From: Malacoraja senta
Lineage: Eukaryota
Direction of reading: 5' to 3'
Length of the DNA: 64,000 nt
Assembly: GCA_038087875.1 (NCBI GenBank)
Contig: CM075991.1
Span: 11,906,001 to 11,970,000 of the forward strand
Numbering within the stretch: position 1 is the stretch's first letter; every line of letters begins with the position of its first letter. Below, in pieces: positions 46,575 to 59,129 of this stretch. The position numbers were made by a program, and so were the translations under genes. The notes below the pieces were generated by a model. The model saw only the letters and a program-made list of their open reading frames with translations, did not search any database and was not told the origin of the DNA.

Positions 46575-47093
46575 GATTTGAGGAAGGACATTCTTGCTAT
46601 TGAGGGAGTGCAGCGTAGGTTTACAAGGTAAATTCCCTGGATGGTGGGACTGTCATATGCTGAGAGAATGGAGCGGTATACTCTGGAGTTTAGAAGGATG
46701 AGAGGGAATCTCATTGAAACATATAAGATTGTTAAGGATTTGGACACGCTAGAGGCAGGAAACATGTTCCCAATGTTGGGGGAGTCCAGAACCAGGGGCC
46801 ACACAGTTCAAGAATAAGGAGTAAGCCATTTAGAACGGAGGCGAGGAAACACTTTTTCTCACAGAGAGTTGTGAGTCTGTGGAATTCTCTGCCTCAGAGG
46901 GCGGTGGAGGCAGGTTCTCTGGATACTTTCAAGAGAGAGATAGATAGGGCTCTTAAAGATAGCGGAGTCAGGGGATATGGACAGAAGGCAGGAACGGGGT
47001 ACTGATTGGGGATGATCAGCCATGATCACATTGAATGGCGGTGCTGGCTCAAAGGGCCGAATGGCCTACTCCTGCACCTATTGTCTATTGTCT
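46575..47093 (+). mobile_element. CR1/HER1-like LINE 3' fragment
   Basis: Same family sequence and tail. Shorter copies lie at about 1255-1535, 9480-9825, 24630-24853, 27755-27970, 29676-29880, 37760-37980, 38200-38345, 38776-38978, 43693-43938, 50270-50720, 58515-58825. Confidence 0.88.
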
Positions 47094-47410
47094 ACTTTAA
47101 TGAGTAAGCCTCCAATGACTCTCTCATGCACGGAACTGCAAAGGTTTAACACCGTCTTGAGACAGCAACTCCTTGACACTTCAGTCCTGAATGGCCAGCA
47201 CCATATTTTGAGAAGGAACCATGCTTCTGTCTCTACATCGCATGCAGGAAAACGCAGCTCCGCATCTATCCCTTCAAGCTCTGTGAGAAGATCTAAAGAA
47301 ATCTAAAGAAGGGTCCCCACCCTCCTACTTCCTTCAAACATTGAGAAGATTCAGTATCAGATTCACAAAATATATGTTCGAAATTAAATAGATATATGGC
47401 AGAGACCATT

Positions 47411-47790
47411 CTTCTCCGTGGATTGTCACCTTGTTGTGGTGGAGAAGCTTGTGTGGTCCTGAGATCCTGAGAGCGAAGCTGTCTGGAGTTATGTTCCTGT
47501 TTGGGCCACCCATGGCGGTAAGGTCGAGGGGGAGGTCTCTGACAAAGAGCAATCCAACCAAGACCTCAACGGTGGAACAGGGGGAGGATGATGGCTGACC
47601 TTAGTGGAGTGTCACAACTGATGGGAAGGCGGATGAAGGCTGCAGCAGAATAGGGTCTCCGGTCGTCTTGGACTCCATGTCACTGAATCCTGACCCAGAT
47701 CTGTCAAGTCACGCACAGGCGTCCTCCATATAGGGAATAGCACCCTGGAGACACCCATGGTCAGCCACGACCGAAGGGGGTCTAAGAAGA
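47411..47790 (+). mobile_element. RTE-clade (Expander/Rex3-like) 5'UTR-derived element
   Basis: GTCACCTTGTTGTGGTGGAG...GGGCCACCCATGGCGGTAAGGTC...CTGACAAAGAGC resembles RTE 5' UTRs; recognised by eye, not by search. Confidence 0.5.
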
Positions 47791-49749
47791 AGAATACTGA
47801 CTGGTTGCATCACAATCTGATTTCGAAACTTGAACACCCAGGTACGAAGGAGGCTACAGAATGTGGTGAACTGCCCGGTCCATCGCGAGTACTGACCTCC
47901 CCACCATCGGAGGGATCTACAGCAGGTGCTGCCTCCAGAAGACAGTTACTATCATCAAAGCCCCACACCTCTCATCTCATTCCTACCATCGGGAAGAAGG
48001 TACAGGAGCCTGAAAACCGTGACCTCCAGGTTCAAGAACAGCTTCTTCCCAGCAACTATTGGGGTCTTGAACACTGCACAACACTAACCACTACTTCAGC
48101 AATTATGATGAACTATCAACTTTGTTTATGCTGTACACCAGTCTTGGGTTTGACACTATTATGGTCTGGTTACCTCACAATACTAATTATTACTTTATTG
48201 TATTATTGATTATTTTACATGTCTGTTATATGTATTTTATTATATGTATGACTGCAGGCAACGAAATTTCGTTCAGATCGAAAGGTCTGAATGACAAATA
48301 AAGGAATCTAATCTAATCTAATCTGTTAGTTATTGCATTCATTATGGGGCTGCTAAGCTGCGGCAAGTGGGAATTTCATTGTTCCGTGGTGGTACGTATG
48401 AAAATGAACCACTCTTGATTTTTGACCCAAAACATCGTCTGTCCATTCCCTCCATGGATGCTGCCTGACCCGTTGACTTTGGTTTTAGCTCAATAGGAAT
48501 TCTGTATGTTTCTGTGAAATTACCTCTTATTGATCCAAACTCGAGAGAAAGAGCACTGACTTAGTTTGTCCAACCACCCTGTCCTCTCCACATCCCACCC
48601 CTCCGACCCCAGGGATCAACCAAGAGACCCTTTCTGCACCCCCCCCCCCCCACCTCCTCCCTCAGGTGGAGGGTCCAGACCTACACTCAATATTCCAGGT
48701 GCAATCTCACCAGAGCACTGTATACTCTCAGTATGCCATCTTTACTTAAATAGGGACATGTTCAATAACATTGCTGTTTTACAATTCATTAATATTATGT
48801 CATTTGCACAATGTACTATTCTATATTATGTCATTCACACCGTGCTTTTTGATTATAAAGAGGTTCGTACTGTAGCTACACGGTGAGTCATTGATTAGAT
48901 TCTGGAGGGTTGGAATACTGATGAAGACAGGAGTTTGAATCTTGCCTCTCTTGCATTTAAATTCAAGTAATTAAATAAATCTGGATATGGTGCCATCGAG
49001 TCATACAGCGTGGAAACTGGCCCTTCGGACCAATCCGTCCATGCCGGCCAACATGTCCCGTTTAAGCGAGCCCCATTTGCCCGCATTTTGTCCATATCCC
49101 TATTCAGGAACTGTTTCTTCCCAAAGATAGACGCAAAATACTGGAGTAACTCAGCAGGTTCTTCAGAGTAACCTCTGAAGAATGGTCCCGACCCAAATTC
49201 CTTTTCTCTGGAGATGCTGCCTGACCCGCTGAGTTACTCCAGCATTTCGTGTTTATCTTCAGTATAAACCAGCATCTGCAGTTCCTTCCTGCACAGTTTC
49301 TTCCCAGCTGTCGTCAGGCAACTGAATAATGGTTCTCTCATCAACTAGAGTGTGGTCCTGACGCCCTATCTACATCATTGGAGACCTATGAACTATCTTT
49401 AATCGGACTTTATCGAACTTCATTGTTATATCGTACACTGTGGACGGCTTGATTGTAATTATGTATATAGTCCTTTCTTTGACAGGATAGAACGCAAACA
49501 AAAGCTATTCACTGTACCTCGGTACATGTGACAATATTAAACTAAATTAAAACGAAACTATTTTTAACAATAGGGATATGGACTAAATGTGGGCAAATGG
49601 GGCTAGCTTAAATGGGACATCCTGACTGGCCTGGATGGATTGGTCCCAAGGGCCTGTGTGACTCAATTAGTCTATATTCAGATTTATTGAGTTACTTGAA
49701 TTTAAGTTCAGCAAATGTTGAGGTGAGATTCAAACTCCTGTCTGCATCA

Positions 49750-50050
49750 GGGCGGCACGGTGGCGCAGCGGTAGAGCTACTGCCTCACAGCGCCAGAGAC
49801 CCAGGTTCGATCCTGACTACGGGTGCTGTCTGTACGGAGTTTGCACGTTCTCCCCGGGACCTGCGTGGGTTTTCTCCGAGATCTTCGGTTTCCTCCCACA
49901 CTCCAAAGCCGTACAGGTTTGCAGGTTAATTGGCTTGGTGTAAAATGTAAAAATTGTCCCCAATGTGTGTAGGATTGTGTTAATGTGAAGGGATCGCTGG
50001 TCAGTGTGGATTCGGTGGGCCGAAGGGCCTGTTTGCGCGCTGCATTCCAA
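49750..50050 (+). mobile_element. tRNA-derived V-SINE (HE1-like), near full length
   Basis: GGGCGGCACGGTGGCGCAGCGGTAG (A box), GGTTCGATCC (B box), GGTTTCCTCCCACA core, tail GGGCCGAAGGGCCTGTTT. Confidence 0.85.
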
Positions 50051-50123
50051 ACCTCCGGATTCTAAACAATGACTCACCACTCAGCTACGTACCGCTTTAC
50101 ATAGCTGGGAAGTAACTGTTCCT

Positions 50124-50259
50124 GAATAGGAATATGAACCAAATAGGAATATGGACCAAATAGGAATATGGACCAAATAGGAATATGGACCAAATAGGAA
50201 TATGGACCAAATAGGAATATGGACCAAATAGGAATATGGACCAAATAGGAATATGGACC
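50124..50259. repeat. 17-bp minisatellite, 8 copies (AAATAGGAATATGGACC)
   Basis: Seven exact copies plus one variant. Confidence 0.97.
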
Positions 50260-50744
50260 GCCACGATGATGGGAATGATGTATGATGAAAGAATGGGTCG
50301 ACTGGGCTTGTATTCGCTGGAATTTAGAAGGATGAGTGGAAACATATAAGATTCTTAGAGGATTGGACAAGGTAGATGCAGGAAAAATGTTCTCGATTTT
50401 GGGGGAGTCCAGAACCAGGGGTCACACACAGTTTAAGAATAAGGGGTCGGCCATTTAGGACTGAGATGAGGAAAGAATTTTTCAGCCAGAGAGTTGTGAA
50501 TTTGTGGAATTCTCTGCCACAGAAGGCAGTGGAGGCCGATTCACTGGATGTTTTCAAGAGAGAGTTAGATTTAGCTCTTGGGGCTAACGGAATCAAGGGA
50601 TACGGGGTAAAAGCCGGAATGGGGTACTGATTTTGGATGATCAGCCATGATCATATTGAATGGCGGTGCTGGCTTGAAGGGGCAAATGGCCTACTCCTGC
50701 ACCTATTTTCTATGTTTCTATAAATGCTTCAGAAGAGTACTGGG

Positions 50745-50887
50745 AGGGGAGATTGCAACCTTCACGTGGTCCGCCCTGTTTCGACTAATGCAATCAACCC
50801 GGCGTGCACAAACAAATAAGATCAAATAGAACAAGTTGTCCTACAACTTTAGGCTGTGCACGCCATACGCAAGAAGGAGAAGAAGAG
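50745..50887 (+). mobile_element. Short retroelement 3' end with (GAA)n tail (also about 5750-5870, 18855-19095, and reverse at 30300-30420)
   Basis: GGGAGATTGCAACCTTCACGTGGTC...AGGCTGTGCACGCCATACGCAAGAAG recurs four times. Confidence 0.65.
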
Positions 50888-51321
50888 TACTGATGAAATG
50901 TCAAGGTGTTCCTCTTGTGCAGACATGCTCTCCATTTCTGTGTTCATTCCTGCTCGCCCGCGCCTTCCTGGACTCTGGCCAAGCAGACGGTTTGTGATCC
51001 CGGTCGATAAACAGACCTGTGGACTCTGGTCTGTCAGGTCACATTGAATTTTCAGCAAAAAAACGTGACTCAGTTTGTGTCAGACCGTCATTCTTTCATC
51101 ATTTCTTATAAATCATCAGTTTTTTTACCAGCAGTATTCTCATCCATTTCCCAAGCTGCAGAATTCACAGTGTATGGAGTTGCCTAGTAATAAGCTGCAT
51201 GTTGATATTCATCCTTCCAATGACACGCCGTGAAGGCCAGTGAGCTCTGCGGAATATAACACAAGGACACGTTGTACACATCCATTCATCACTGCAGATT
51301 ACTGCCACACGACCAGAGCTG

Positions 51322-51700
51322 CAGCTCACTACTGCCCCTCTAACAGTATATCAGCTCACTACTGCCCCTCAAACAGTGCACCAGCTCACAACTGCCCCTC
51401 TAACAGTATCTCAGCTCACTATTGCCCCTCGAACAGTGCACCATCTCACTATTGCCCCTCGAACAGAATATCAGCTCACTACTGCCCCTCAAACAGTGCA
51501 CCAGCTCACAACTGCCCCTCGAACAATGCACCAGCTCACTACTGCCCCTTGAACAATTTACCAGCTCACTACCGCCCCTCTAACAGTATATCAGCTCACT
51601 ACTGCCCCTCTAACTGTGCACCAGCTCACTATTGCCCCTCTAACTGCGCACCAGCTCACTATCGCTCCTCTAACAGTGCAACTGCTCACTACTGGCTCAC
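51322..51700. repeat. 30-bp minisatellite, about 12 copies (CAGCTCACTACTGCCCCTCTAACAGTGCAC)
   Basis: 30-bp period directly visible. Confidence 0.95.
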
Positions 51701-54700
51701 TAATAAGGGAGAGCAGGAGGTCTTTGAAGCAGCGAACTTTGAGGAGATTGTGCTGTGGAGCAGTAACATGGAGACACAAGTAACAGTTGTAAGGTCACAA
51801 GTGATAGGAGCAGAATTAGGCCATTTGGCCCATCAAGTCTATGCCATCAATCATGGCTGATCTATCTCTCCCTCCTAACCCCATTCTCCTGCCTTCTCCC
51901 CATAACTTCTGACCCCCGTACTAATCAAGAATCTATCTATCTCTGCCTTAAAAATACCCACTGCCTTGGCCTCCACCACCCACACCCCCACCCCCATCCA
52001 CATGACCACCCACACCCCCCCCTACTGAAACCACTACCACCACCACCACCCCCACCCACACCACCACCCACACCCCCACCTCCAACCCCCGCCCCCACCA
52101 CCACCCCACCCTCTCTTGTGGGAATGGGACTGGTGGGATTGCTCTGTTGAAAACTGGTTTCCTCTTTCTGGGTTAGTGACTGAATAACATTGCAGGTTTC
52201 AGCACCTGCCTGTTCAACACAATCCAATTATATGCCAGAAATTGATAGAGTATAATCCAGACAAGCATGAAATGACCACATTATTGCGCACCCCATTCAG
52301 AATGTTAATCAATCCTCATGGAACTTACTAATTCTCCAATTTCAGGCTTGAAAACCATCCCATCCTTCATTCATCGTTGCAGAATAATGATTAGGAAATC
52401 CTAAAAAGTATTTCTGCAAACAATACGACAAAATATGAATTAACACATGACCGGAGTTTTATAGCATGCAGCTATTCATAAGACCAGAGACGATAAATCA
52501 GAGAAGCAGAATTAGACCATTCGGCCCATCGAGTCTGCTCCGCTATTCAATCATGACCATTCTCCTGCCTTCGTCCTGTAACCCCAGGCCCCTTTACTAA
52601 TCATGTACCTATCAATCTCCACCTAAAAAAAAACATTGACTTGGCCTCCACAGCCGTCTGTGGCAATGAAGTCCACAGATTCACCACGAAATTCCTCCTC
52701 ATCTCCATCCTAAAGGTACATCCTTTTATTCTGAGGCTGTGCCCTCTGGTCCTGGACTGTCCCACAAGTGGAAACATCCTCTCCACATCCACTCTATCCA
52801 GGTCTTTCACAGTTATAGCATCAGAAAGTCATATAGCATGGAAACAGGCCCTTCGACTTGCCCATGTCAACCGACATGCTCCAGCAAAACTAGTCCCACC
52901 AGCCTATGGCCCATATCCCTCTAAACCTTCCTATTTCCGATCCATGTACCTGCCCAAATGTTTCTTAAACATTGTTTTCTAGTTTCTAGATTCACTTGAT
53001 TTGTGCCTTACTAGTATTTCACGCCAAGAAAATAGGTAGTTGGGTATTTGTATCCACCAAAATGTGGAGATGATGATGATTGTATGTCCCAGCTGAGCTT
53101 GTTCTTACAGATGGTGGGGACACTTTGGGACATGACGCTGGAGAAGCCTTGCCAAGTGGGAGTTACAGATGGTACATACAAAGATGGGTGAGGAAATGAC
53201 TTTCAAAAGCACTGAATACCTTCTAATAGTTAAAACTAAGGGCGGCACAGTGGCGCAGCAATAGAGTTGTATCCTTACAGTGCCAAAGGTCAGGGTTTGA
53301 CCTTGACCACTGGTGCTGTCTATGTGGGGTTTGTACATTCTCCTTGTAACCATGTGAGTTTCCTCTGGGTGCTAAAGTTTCCACCCACACTCCAAAGACA
53401 TGCAGGTTTGTAGGTTATTGGTTCTGTTAATTGTCCTTAGTGTGTAGGATAGAGCTAGTGTACGGGGTGATCGCCGGTCAGCATGGTCATGGTGGGCCGA
53501 AGGGCCAGTTTCCACACTGCATCTCTAAAGTCAAAATTCTAAAGTAAAGAAAAATCTAAATTTAAGGAGACTTCCAATTATAGAAACATAGAAACATAGA
53601 AAATAGGTGCAGGAGGAGGCCATTTGGCCCTTCGAACCAGCACCGCCATTCATTGTGATCATGGCTGATCGTCCCCTATCAATAACCCATAGAAACATAG
53701 AAAATAACCCATAGAAACATAGAAAAATATATACATAGCCTTCCCTGTCAGAATTTCCAAAGAGGTCTACCGCCAATGAAGGGACTTCGAAACACCTTTG
53801 TCACAGTTGTAGAAATAACTTAACTACTTATTTATTGCAAGTTTTTTTATTAGTTTTGTGTTGCAAACCTTATTCTGGGTTTTAGAAACTTCAGTCACCA
53901 AGGTAAACGATGGTAAAACATTGTCTCCAAAAGTGCTTTGAGTGATTGAGTAGTGTAGGGGAATCAAGAACCAGATGACATAGGTTTAAGGTGAGAGGGG
54001 AAAGATTTATTAGCAATCTTAGGGGCAACCTTTCCACACAGGTTACATGGAACAAGCTGCCAGAGGAGGTAGTTGTGGCAGGTGCTACAGCAACATTTAA
54101 ACGATATTTGGACAGGTACATGGATAGGAAAGTTTAGAGGGATAGAGAAAGTTTACATTTACCAAGCCAATTAACCTACATACCTGTACGTCTTTGGAGT
54201 TTGGGAGGAAACCAATGATCTCGGAGAAAATCTACAAACTCCGTACAGACAGCACCCGTAGTCAATATCGAACCCGGGTCTCCGGCGCTGCATTCGGTGT
54301 TAGGCAGCAACTCTACCGGTGTGCCACTGTGCCACCTTTCCCATCCATGTACCTCTCACATGTCTTGTTATTGTACCTTACTCAACTATGGCACCTCGTT
54401 CCAGGTTGGATCCAAGGGCCTGTTTCTGTGCTCTATGACTGTGACTGTGACTATATAGAATAGAATAGAATAGAATGCCTTTTATAGTCATTCAAACAGC
54501 TTGGTTTGAACAAAATTTCATTCCTACAGTCCTACATATGGCTGATTGTCAGGGTGATCATACAGAAATGTTAGTAAGTTCTTCAGCCACCAACCACATT
54601 TGATTTTATCGTTACACCACTGCTGTGATAAGGCAGAAGTGATACAAATGCAACAGCCATAAACTTTAATTCCGGTCTCTGAATCGTGAACATTTCTATG

Positions 54701-55171
54701 TACAAATTTAAAAAGTGATACTTATTTCTGATTCCATTGGATCTCGGCTAAAACAAATCTCCAGAAACAATCTGTGTTCTCTAAATAACCTCCTGTGTCT
54801 TAAGGCTACAAAATGTCACACAGCGTGTTCTGGTTCACAGCAGTTAGATGTTATGGTCTCGTAGGAATAATTCACTGCATCCTACTTGCTATAAAATAGT
54901 TTATTTATTTTACCACAAACTAAATTACAGATAGATTCATACATTCTTACAGCATGGAAACAGGCTCTTTGGCCCAACTGGTCCACGCCGACCAAGATGC
55001 CTCATCTAAGGTAGTGCCATTTGTACGCATTTGTGCATATCCTTCTAACCCTATCCATGCTCTCCAGAGATGATACCTGACTCACTGAATCCATTCAGCA
55101 CTTTGTGACTTATTTTGCAAACCAGCATCTGCAGTTCCTTGTGTTTCCCTCCTAACCTTTCCCATCCATAA

Positions 55172-56046
55172 GTTTTTTGCAGGGATGAGGTGGAGCAGCT
55201 GACAGGGTGGTGTGGAGAAAATAACCTGCTCCTCAACACCTCAAAGACCAAGGAGCTCATAATAGACTACAGAAAGAAGAAAACGGACATTACACCACTA
55301 ATCATCGATGGGGACTGTGTGGAGAGGGTGGCGGATTTCCGCTTCCTGGGAATCCACATTGAGGAGGACCTGACTTGGAGCGTGAACACCTCTGCGCTGC
55401 TGAAAAAGGTCCAGCAGAGACTGCACTTCCTGAGGGTGCTCAGGAAGAACAACATCACCCAGAGACTGCTGCTATCCTTTTATCGGTGCTCAATAGAGAG
55501 CATCTTAACATACTGTGTATGCGTGTGGTACACCAGCTGCACAGCGGCTAAGAGGAAAGCGCTCCAGAGGGCTATTGACAATGCCCAGAAGATTATCGGC
55601 TGCCCTCTCCTCACCTTGGAGGACCTACACAGTTCCCACTATCTCAAAAAATCCCAGAAGATCATAAAGGACATTTTCCACCCCGGTCACTCCCTGTTTG
55701 TACTGCTGCCGTCAGGCAGACGGTACAGATCAATGAGGACAAGGACAAACAGACTCAAAAACAGTTTTTATCCCACAGCAATAACTACACTTAATGTAGC
55801 CACCAAATGAGTGCAGGTGCGCTACACACCAAAGGGACTGTGAAATCGACAGAAGAATGTGTTTTTTTTCATGTTATTTATTTTAGTTGTTTATCTTAGA
55901 CTTTTGCTCTAAGAAAATGTGTGCACTGACTGGTTGGCATTTCTAATTTCGTTGTACATGTTTACATGTTATAATGACAATAAAGTATTCATTCATTCAT
56001 TCATAAATGTGCTATATAAATAAATGTGACTTGACTTGACTTGACT
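55172..56046 (+). mobile_element. Rex1/Babar-type LINE, 5'-truncated ORF2 C-terminus and 3' tail
   Basis: WCGENNLLLNTSKTKELIIDYRK...FYRCSIESILTY...LPSGRRYRS..TRTNRLKNSFYP, then AATAAA and (ATTC)n/(GACTT)n. Confidence 0.82.
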
Positions 56047-56527
56047 ATTTAGTTTAGTTTAGTTTAATTTCATCTTTCCCCTCTCATATTAAACTATGAC
56101 CCCTATGTTTTGATTCCCCAATCCTGGCAAAAGACTGTGCATTTATCCAATCTTTTCCTCTCATGATTTTGTACACCTCTAAAAGATCACCCCTTCACTC
56201 CTACGCTTTCTCCTGTCCATGACGATTCTATGTATCAGAGAACATTTCAGGCCGATTAACTTTTGTCAGAGACTTCCTGACATGATCGAAGGTCATCAAT
56301 CGCGACATCAACTTTTTACAATAAATTCTGTCTGAATTGCTTAATATGTGCAGCAATTTCCTATTTCATGTTAATTTTTTCGCATTGTAGAATATCAAAA
56401 ATCATAGCTCATTAAAAGTATAAGATAAAGTAAGTTGCCTACAACATCTGTTCAATAGACAATAGACAATAGGTGCAGGAGTAGGCCATTCGGCCCTTTG
56501 AGCCAGCACCGCCATTCAATGTGATCA

Positions 56528-57405
56528 TAGAAACATAGAAACATAGAAAATAGGTGCAAGGGTAGGCCATTCGGCCCTTCGAGCCTGCACCGCCATTCAA
56601 TATGATCATGGATGATCATCCAACTCAGTATCCCGTACCTGCCTTCTCTCCATACCCCCTGATCCCCTTAGCCACAAGGGCCACATCTAACTCCCTCTTA
56701 AATATAGCCAATGAACTGGCCTCAACTACCCTCTGTGGCAGAGAGTTCCAGAGATTCACCACTCTCTGTGTGAAAAAGTTTTTCCTCATCTCGGTCTTAA
56801 AGGATTTCCCCCTTATCCTTAAGCTGTGACCCCTTGTCCTGGACTTCCCCAACATCGGGAACAATCTTCCTGCATCTAGCCTGTCCAACCCCATAAGAAT
56901 TTTGTACGTTTCTATAAAATCCCCTCTCAATCTCCTAAATTCTAGCGAGTATAAGCCAAGTCTATCCAGTCTTTCTTCATATGAAAGACCTGACATCCCA
57001 GGAATCAGTCTGGTGAACCTTCTCTGCACTCCCTCTATGGCTATAATGTCCTTCCTCAGATTTGGAGACCAAAACTGTACGCAATACTCCAGGTGTGGTC
57101 TCACCAAGACCCTGTACAACTGCAGTAGAACCTCCCTGCTCCTATACTCAAATCCTCTTGCTATGAAAGCCAACATACCATTCGCTTTCTTCACTGCCTG
57201 CTGCACCTGCATGCCTACTTTCAATGACTGGTGTACCATGACACCCAGGTCTCGCTGCATCTCCCCATTTCCTAATCGGCCACCATTTAGATAATAGTCT
57301 GCCTTCCCGTTTTTGCCACCAAAGTGGATAACCTCACATTTATCCACATTATACTGCATCTGCCAAACATTTGCCCACTCACCCAGCCTATCCAAGTCAC
57401 CTTGC
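56528..57405 (-). mobile_element. CR1/HER1-like LINE (subfamily with (TTTCTATG)n tail), nested in another CR1 copy
   Basis: 256-aa open RT C-terminus (WQMQYNVDKCEVIHFG...RPHLEYCVQFWSP...FFTQRVVNLWNSLP); host copy at 56453-56527 and 57415-57772. Confidence 0.92.
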
Positions 57406-57849
57406 AGATTATCTCCAATCAGTACCCCGTTCCTGCTTTCTCCCCATATCCCCTGACTCCGCTATCTTTAAGAGCCCTATCTAGCTCTCTCTTGAAAGCA
57501 TCCAGAGAACCTGCCTTCACCGCCCTCTGAGGCAGAGAATTCCACAGATTCACAACTCTCTGTGTGGAAAAGTGTTTCCTCGTCTCCATTCTAAATGGCT
57601 TACCCCTTGTTCTTAAACTGTGGCCCCTGGTTGTGGACTCCCCCAACATCGGGAACATGTTTCCTGCCTCTAGTGTGTCCAAACCCTTAACAATCTTATA
57701 TGTTTCAATAAGATCCCCTCTCATCCTTTTAAACTCCGGAGTGTACAAGCCCAACCGCTCCATTCTCTCAGCACCAAAAGAAAACACTTCGGAAATGAAC
57801 AAAAATGTCCATAAACATCTAATGAGAGTGTGATTAACATTCCTAAAAC

Positions 57850-58395
57850 CTGTGACGCTAACCACATCTATTGCATCCGTTGCTCTAGATGCCAGCTGAT
57901 CTACATCGGTGAGACCAAGCGGAGGCTTGGCGATCGTTTCGCCGAACACCTCCGGTCGGTCCGCAATAACCAACCTGACCTCCCGGTGGCTCAGCACTTC
58001 AACTCCCCCTCCCATTCCGTATCTGACCTCTCTGTCCTGGGTCTCCTCCATGGCCACAGCGAGCAACACCGGAAGTTGGAGGAAATGCACCTCATATTCC
58101 GCTTGGGCAGTCTACATCCTGGGGGCTTGAACATTAAATTCTCCCAATTCTGCTAGCCCTTGCTGTCCCCTCCCCTTCATCATCCCTCTGGTTGTCTCCT
58201 CCCATCCCCCAGCCCTCGGGCTCCTCCCCCGCCTTTTTTCCTTTCTTCTCCCCACCCCCTATCAGTCTGAAGAAGGGTTTCGGCCCGAAACGTTGCCTGT
58301 TTCCTTCGCTCCATAGATGCTGCTGCACCCGCTGAGTTTCTCCAGCATTTTTGTGTACCTTCGATTTTCCAGCATCTGCAGTTCCTTCTTTAACA
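57850..58395 (+). mobile_element. Penelope-like retroelement 3' fragment (GIY-YIG endonuclease plus terminal repeat)
   Basis: IYCIRCSRCQLIYIGETKRRLGDRFAEH...VAQHFN...FRLGSLHPGGLN, followed by the terminal repeat that is dispersed across the window. Confidence 0.88.
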
Positions 58396-59129
58396 CGCTA
58401 ACCACTTTAGAGGTTTTAGTCAGATTCTAACTTGAACAGTATTTTTGTGAAGTCCTAATGACTGTTAACGGTGCTGACATCGCATCGGTTTCAGCTGAAC
58501 AAAGGAACTAATCACATAGAAACATAGAAAATAGGTGCAGGAGGAGGCCATTCGGCCCTTGGAGCCAGCACCGCCATTCATTGTGATCATGGCTGATCGT
58601 CCCCAATCAATAACCCGTGCCTGCCTTCTCCCCATATCCCTTGATTCCACTAGCCCCTAGACCTCTATCTAACTCTCTCTTAAATCCATCCAGTGACTTG
58701 GCCTCCACTTCCCTCTGTGGCAGGGAATTCCACAAATTCACAACTCTCTGGGTGAAAAAGGTTTTTTCTCACCTCAGTCTTAAATGGCCTCCCCTTTATT
58801 CTAAGACTGTGGCCCCTGGTTCTGGAGAATTGAACAAAGAAGTTCAAATATAAATATAAAGTTGTTGAAACTTTCTCAAAGTCTTCTGGAAAAGTTTCCC
58901 CGGGATGTTGGACAGGCCCTCTGTCCAATAGGCATGAGGAGGGGTGGGCGAACGACTTCGGATTAGCCAATAGCCGACGAGTAAACGGAGAGGGCGTGAC
59001 CTGTGTGTAATTGATGTGAGTATTGGCCAATGGCAGCGCGGCGTTGGGTGGGATCCGGCCAATGGGAGAGTGGGCGGTGGGCGGGAGTTCGGTGATTGAT
59101 GTAGGGCTGGGTCAATGGCGGCGTGTCAG

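Noticed and set aside
49750..49825. tRNA gene
   Set aside because: The A/B boxes continue into a SINE body and LINE-like tail, and recur as many diverged copies.
50124..50259. CRISPR-like array or CArG-box array
   Set aside because: No spacers and a eukaryotic context; CCAAATAGG has five A/T bases, not the six of a CArG box.
51240..51860. 206-aa ORF with AHYCPSN repeats
   Set aside because: Frame-preserving 30-bp minisatellite running into a CR1 3'UTR; no ATG start or splice support.
55190..55810. 206-aa ORF as a host gene
   Set aside because: Matches the C-terminal part of a non-LTR retrotransposon ORF2 and has a simple-repeat tail.
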